In this document: positions 61,500 to 64,000 of the stretch, one piece after another
Position numbering within the stretch: the stretch's first letter is position 1
Layout of the letters: each line of letters starts with the position of its first letter
Origin: Gemmatimonadota bacterium
Lineage (GTDB): Bacteria > Gemmatimonadota > Gemmatimonadetes > Gemmatimonadales > GWC2-71-9
Assembly (NCBI GenBank): GCA_041486305.1
Contig: JBGPLG010000001.1
Span: 84,429 to 148,428 of the forward strand
Direction: 5' to 3'
DNA: 64,000 nt
Translations under genes and position numbers: made by a program
Notes under the pieces: model-generated
The model's input: only the letters and a program-made list of their open reading frames with translations
What the model was told of the DNA's origin: nothing
Databases searched by the model: none

Positions 61500-62767
61500 A
61501 AACGAACGTCGGCCGCCTCTCCTTCATGATGTTCCTGCAGTACGCGGTGTGGGGAGCCTGGCTCCCGCTCGCCGCGCGCTACCTCACCGCGTCGACTGCG
61601 GAAGGCGGCCTCGGGTTCACCGGAACGCAGATGGGAACCATCCTCGGGCTGGCCGGCTCGATCGGTGCGATCTGCTCCCCCTTCATCGCGGGTCAGCTGG
61701 CCGATCGCTATTTCAGCACCGAGCGCTTCCTGGCGGCGCTGCTCACCATCGGCGCCGTGATCAAGTGGCTCACGGCCAGCCAACATGGCTTCTCCGCCTG
61801 GCTGATCCTCTCGATTCTCTACAGCGTCGTGTACATGCCGACCCTGGCGCTGTCCAACTCCATGGCCTTTGCCAACCTGGACGACCGGGACCGGCAGTTC
61901 CCCAAGGTGCGGGTCTGGGGCACCATCGGCTGGATCGCGGCGAGCTGGATCTTTCCGATGATCTACCTGCAGAGCGGGCTTCATGTCCAGGCGATGCCTC
62001 CCTTCCTGGTAGGCCCCGAGCTGCCCAACGTCACCGCGCGCCTGGCCGACTCGCTCCGCTTCTCCGCGATCATCTCCGTCGGCTATGCGGTCTACTGCCT
62101 GTCGCTCCCGCACACGCCGCCAAGAAAGGACGCCATCGAAAAACTGGCATTCAAGAAGGCGTTCGCGCTGCTCAAGGAGCGCTCCTTTGCCGTGCTGGTG
62201 CTGGCCAGCCTTCCGATCAGCATCATCCACCAGGTCTACTTCCTCCAGACCCCGCCGTTCTTCTCGCACCTCGGCCTGGGCGACAGTCAGATCGGCCCCG
62301 CCATGACCATCGGGCAGTTCAGCGAGATCGCCGTCATGGCGGCCCTCGGCGCCTTGTTGACCCGGCTCGGATTCCGCAAGGTGATCACCATCGGCGCGCT
62401 GGCCTACTTCGTCCGCTACGCGATCTGGAGCTTTCCGGCCGTCTTCCCGGTGTCGGTCCTGGTCGGAAGCCAGTTCCTTCACGGCATCTGCTACGCCTGC
62501 TTCTTCGCGGGGGCGTTCATCTACACCGACCGGGTGGCGCCGGCCGACGTTCGCCACTCGGCCCAGACGGTCTTCGGAATCATCATCCTGGGCGGCGGAC
62601 CGGTGCTGGGCGGCCTGCTGTCGGGCTATCTGGCTGATAACTACGCCCAGTCCGGGGGCCAGCTGGACTACGGCGCCTTGTGGCGGGTGGTATCCCTGAT
62701 CGGCCTTGCCGCCGCCGTGTTCTTCTGGGCCTTCTTCCGGGAGCGCGCGTCTCCGGCCCCGGCGTAA
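61496..62767 (+). CDS. MFS transporter, nucleoside:H+ symporter-like (NupG/XapB family)
   Basis: 423 aa, 12 TM. N-terminus LSFMMFLQYAVWGAWLP is typical of the Nuc_H_symport family. ATGA overlap with the kinase stop. Confidence 0.8.
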   Translation: MKTNVGRLSFMMFLQYAVWGAWLPLAARYLTASTAEGGLGFTGTQMGTILGLAGSIGAICSPFIAGQLADRYFSTERFLAALLTIGAVIKWLTASQHGFSAWLILSILYSVVYMPTLALSNSMAFANLDDRDRQFPKVRVWGTIGWIAASWIFPMIYLQSGLHVQAMPPFLVGPELPNVTARLADSLRFSAIISVGYAVYCLSLPHTPPRKDAIEKLAFKKAFALLKERSFAVLVLASLPISIIHQVYFLQTPPFFSHLGLGDSQIGPAMTIGQFSEIAVMAALGALLTRLGFRKVITIGALAYFVRYAIWSFPAVFPVSVLVGSQFLHGICYACFFAGAFIYTDRVAPADVRHSAQTVFGIIILGGGPVLGGLLSGYLADNYAQSGGQLDYGALWRVVSLIGLAAAVFFWAFFRERASPAPA

Positions 62768-62856
62768 ACAAACCATCGGCCTCCGGCCGGCATCCCATTG
62801 TCGTGTCCACTCTCGCGCTTGCACTCGGCCGACCCGTCCCGGCGATTCCGGTCTCG

Positions 62857-63396
62857 ATGGATAACCGGCCCGTCGCGGCCATGAGCGACCTGGTCGGCAA
62901 GGCCCAGGCGGGCGACGAGGATGCCTTCGCCTCACTCTACCGCGCCCACGTCGGCCGGGTGCACGCGCTCTGCCTCCGGATGGCCGGGGACGCGCACGCG
63001 GCCGCCGACCTGACCCAGGACGTCTTCGTCCGGGCCTGGGAGGCGCTGCCCGGCTTCCGGGGCGACAGCGCGCTGGGAAGCTGGCTCCACCGACTCGCGG
63101 TGAACGTCTTCCTGGGAGACAAGCGCAGCAGCAACCGGCGGGAAAGACGGGTGTTGTTCGCCGCCGAGCCGGGGCTGCTGGAGCGGCCGCGGGAGGCCGG
63201 CACGCCGGGACTCGGCATGGACCTGGAGCGGGCCATCGCGGCGCTGCCGGAACGGGCCCGCCTGGTGTTCGTCCTGCATGACGTCGAGGGCTATCAGCAC
63301 GGGGAGATCGCCGAGATGGCGGGAATCGCCACGGGAACCTCGAAGGCGCAGCTGTTCCGCGCCCGGCGGCTGTTGCGGGAGTCGCTGGAGCGATGA
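62857..63396 (+). CDS. ECF-family RNA polymerase sigma factor
   Basis: Sigma-2 (DAFASLYRAHVGRVHALCLRM...DLTQDVFVRAW) and sigma-4 (LPERARLVFVLHDVEGYQHGEIAEMAGIATGTSKAQLFRAR). An alternative ATG lies at 62881. Confidence 0.88.
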   Translation: MDNRPVAAMSDLVGKAQAGDEDAFASLYRAHVGRVHALCLRMAGDAHAAADLTQDVFVRAWEALPGFRGDSALGSWLHRLAVNVFLGDKRSSNRRERRVLFAAEPGLLERPREAGTPGLGMDLERAIAALPERARLVFVLHDVEGYQHGEIAEMAGIATGTSKAQLFRARRLLRESLER

Positions 63397-64000
63397 ACTG
63401 CACCGAGCTGCGGGACCGCTTCGACGCCTACGTCGCGGGCACCCTGTCCGAGGCGGAGTCGGCGGCGCTCGAATCGCACCTGGACGGCTGCATCGCGTGC
63501 CACGAGGCGCTCGCCAACCGCGACCGGGCGCTGGGCCAGACCGGCGGGCTGCCGCGCTCGGTCGTCCCGCCTACCGACCTGTGGCCCGGGATCGAGAAGC
63601 AGCTCGCGTCACGGCGGCGCTTCCGGGGGCGGGTCGCTCTCCCGGGCTGGCTGCTCGCGGCGGCGGCGGCGCTCCTGATGGTGGCGTCTTCGGGCGGCAC
63701 CGTGCTGTTCCTGCGGAACTGGCCCGGGGACCGGCCGGCGATCCAGCCGTCCAGCCATCTGACCGCGCTCGAATCCCAGTACAGCGCCGCCAGCGCCGAG
63801 CTCACCGAGGCCCTCGAGAAGGCGCGATCGCGGCTTTCGCCCGAGACCGTCGCCACGATCGAGCGGAGCCTCCGCATCATCGACCAGGCACTGGCCGAGT
63901 CGCGCGCGGCGCTGGCCCGGGATCCCGGCAACCAGGCCCTCGAGCAGCTGGTGATGGCGGCCTGGCGCCAGAAGGTGGATCTGCTGCGGCGCGCCACCGC
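63393..64000 (+). CDS. anti-sigma factor (zf-HC2 type), 3' end cut by window edge
   Basis: ATGA overlap with the sigma gene. H-x3-C-x2-C motif in LESHLDGCIACHEAL. One TM segment (LPGWLLAAAAALLMVASSGGTVLF). Confidence 0.82.
   Translation, partial: MNCTELRDRFDAYVAGTLSEAESAALESHLDGCIACHEALANRDRALGQTGGLPRSVVPPTDLWPGIEKQLASRRRFRGRVALPGWLLAAAAALLMVASSGGTVLFLRNWPGDRPAIQPSSHLTALESQYSAASAELTEALEKARSRLSPETVATIERSLRIIDQALAESRAALARDPGNQALEQLVMAAWRQKVDLLRRAT

Overview
Very GC-rich chromosomal segment with no rRNA, CRISPR array, transposase or integrase. The gene content (many ADOP permeases with PadR partners, an ECF42/YciI pair, TAT-exported glycosidases) suggests Gemmatimonadota or Acidobacteriota; this is an inference, not a computed result. 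I call about 50 CDS and one tRNA-Phe(GAA). The main feature is five paralogous ADOP-type duplicated MacB/FtsX permeases, about 13.2 kb or one fifth of the window. None has a cognate ABC ATPase. Four sit in PadR-led modules, and two of those end in a translationally coupled hydrolase. The fifth lacks the N-terminal prefix domain and sits behind a YciI/ECF42 sigma pair. I judge these modules the best candidate for an undescribed system, because substrate, energy source and signal are all unknown. Other blocks: an RND tripartite efflux operon; an ABC-F ATPase; a tightly coupled 8-gene operon (mmsA, AGXT2-like aminotransferase, Mo-hydroxylase S-L-G-M, cyclase/formamidase-like, amidase) that looks like an uncharacterised N-heterocycle or amide catabolic route; an ArsR/SRPBCC pair next to a striking AT-rich palindromic island; a TAT-exported unknown protein + GH127 + M28 peptidase operon; a Gfo/Idh/MocA + two TIM-barrel sugar module; a multicopper oxidase with type-C-like ligand order; MATE; a small-protein/P-loop ATPase/lipoprotein trio; a DSD1 + DAACS D-amino-acid pair; a Ser/Thr kinase coupled to a nucleoside-type MFS; and an ECF sigma/anti-sigma pair. 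Many long ORFs in the track are antisense or off-frame shadow ORFs typical of high-GC DNA and were rejected. Family calls come from motif recognition by eye, not searches. Start codons are the least certain part of the coordinates.
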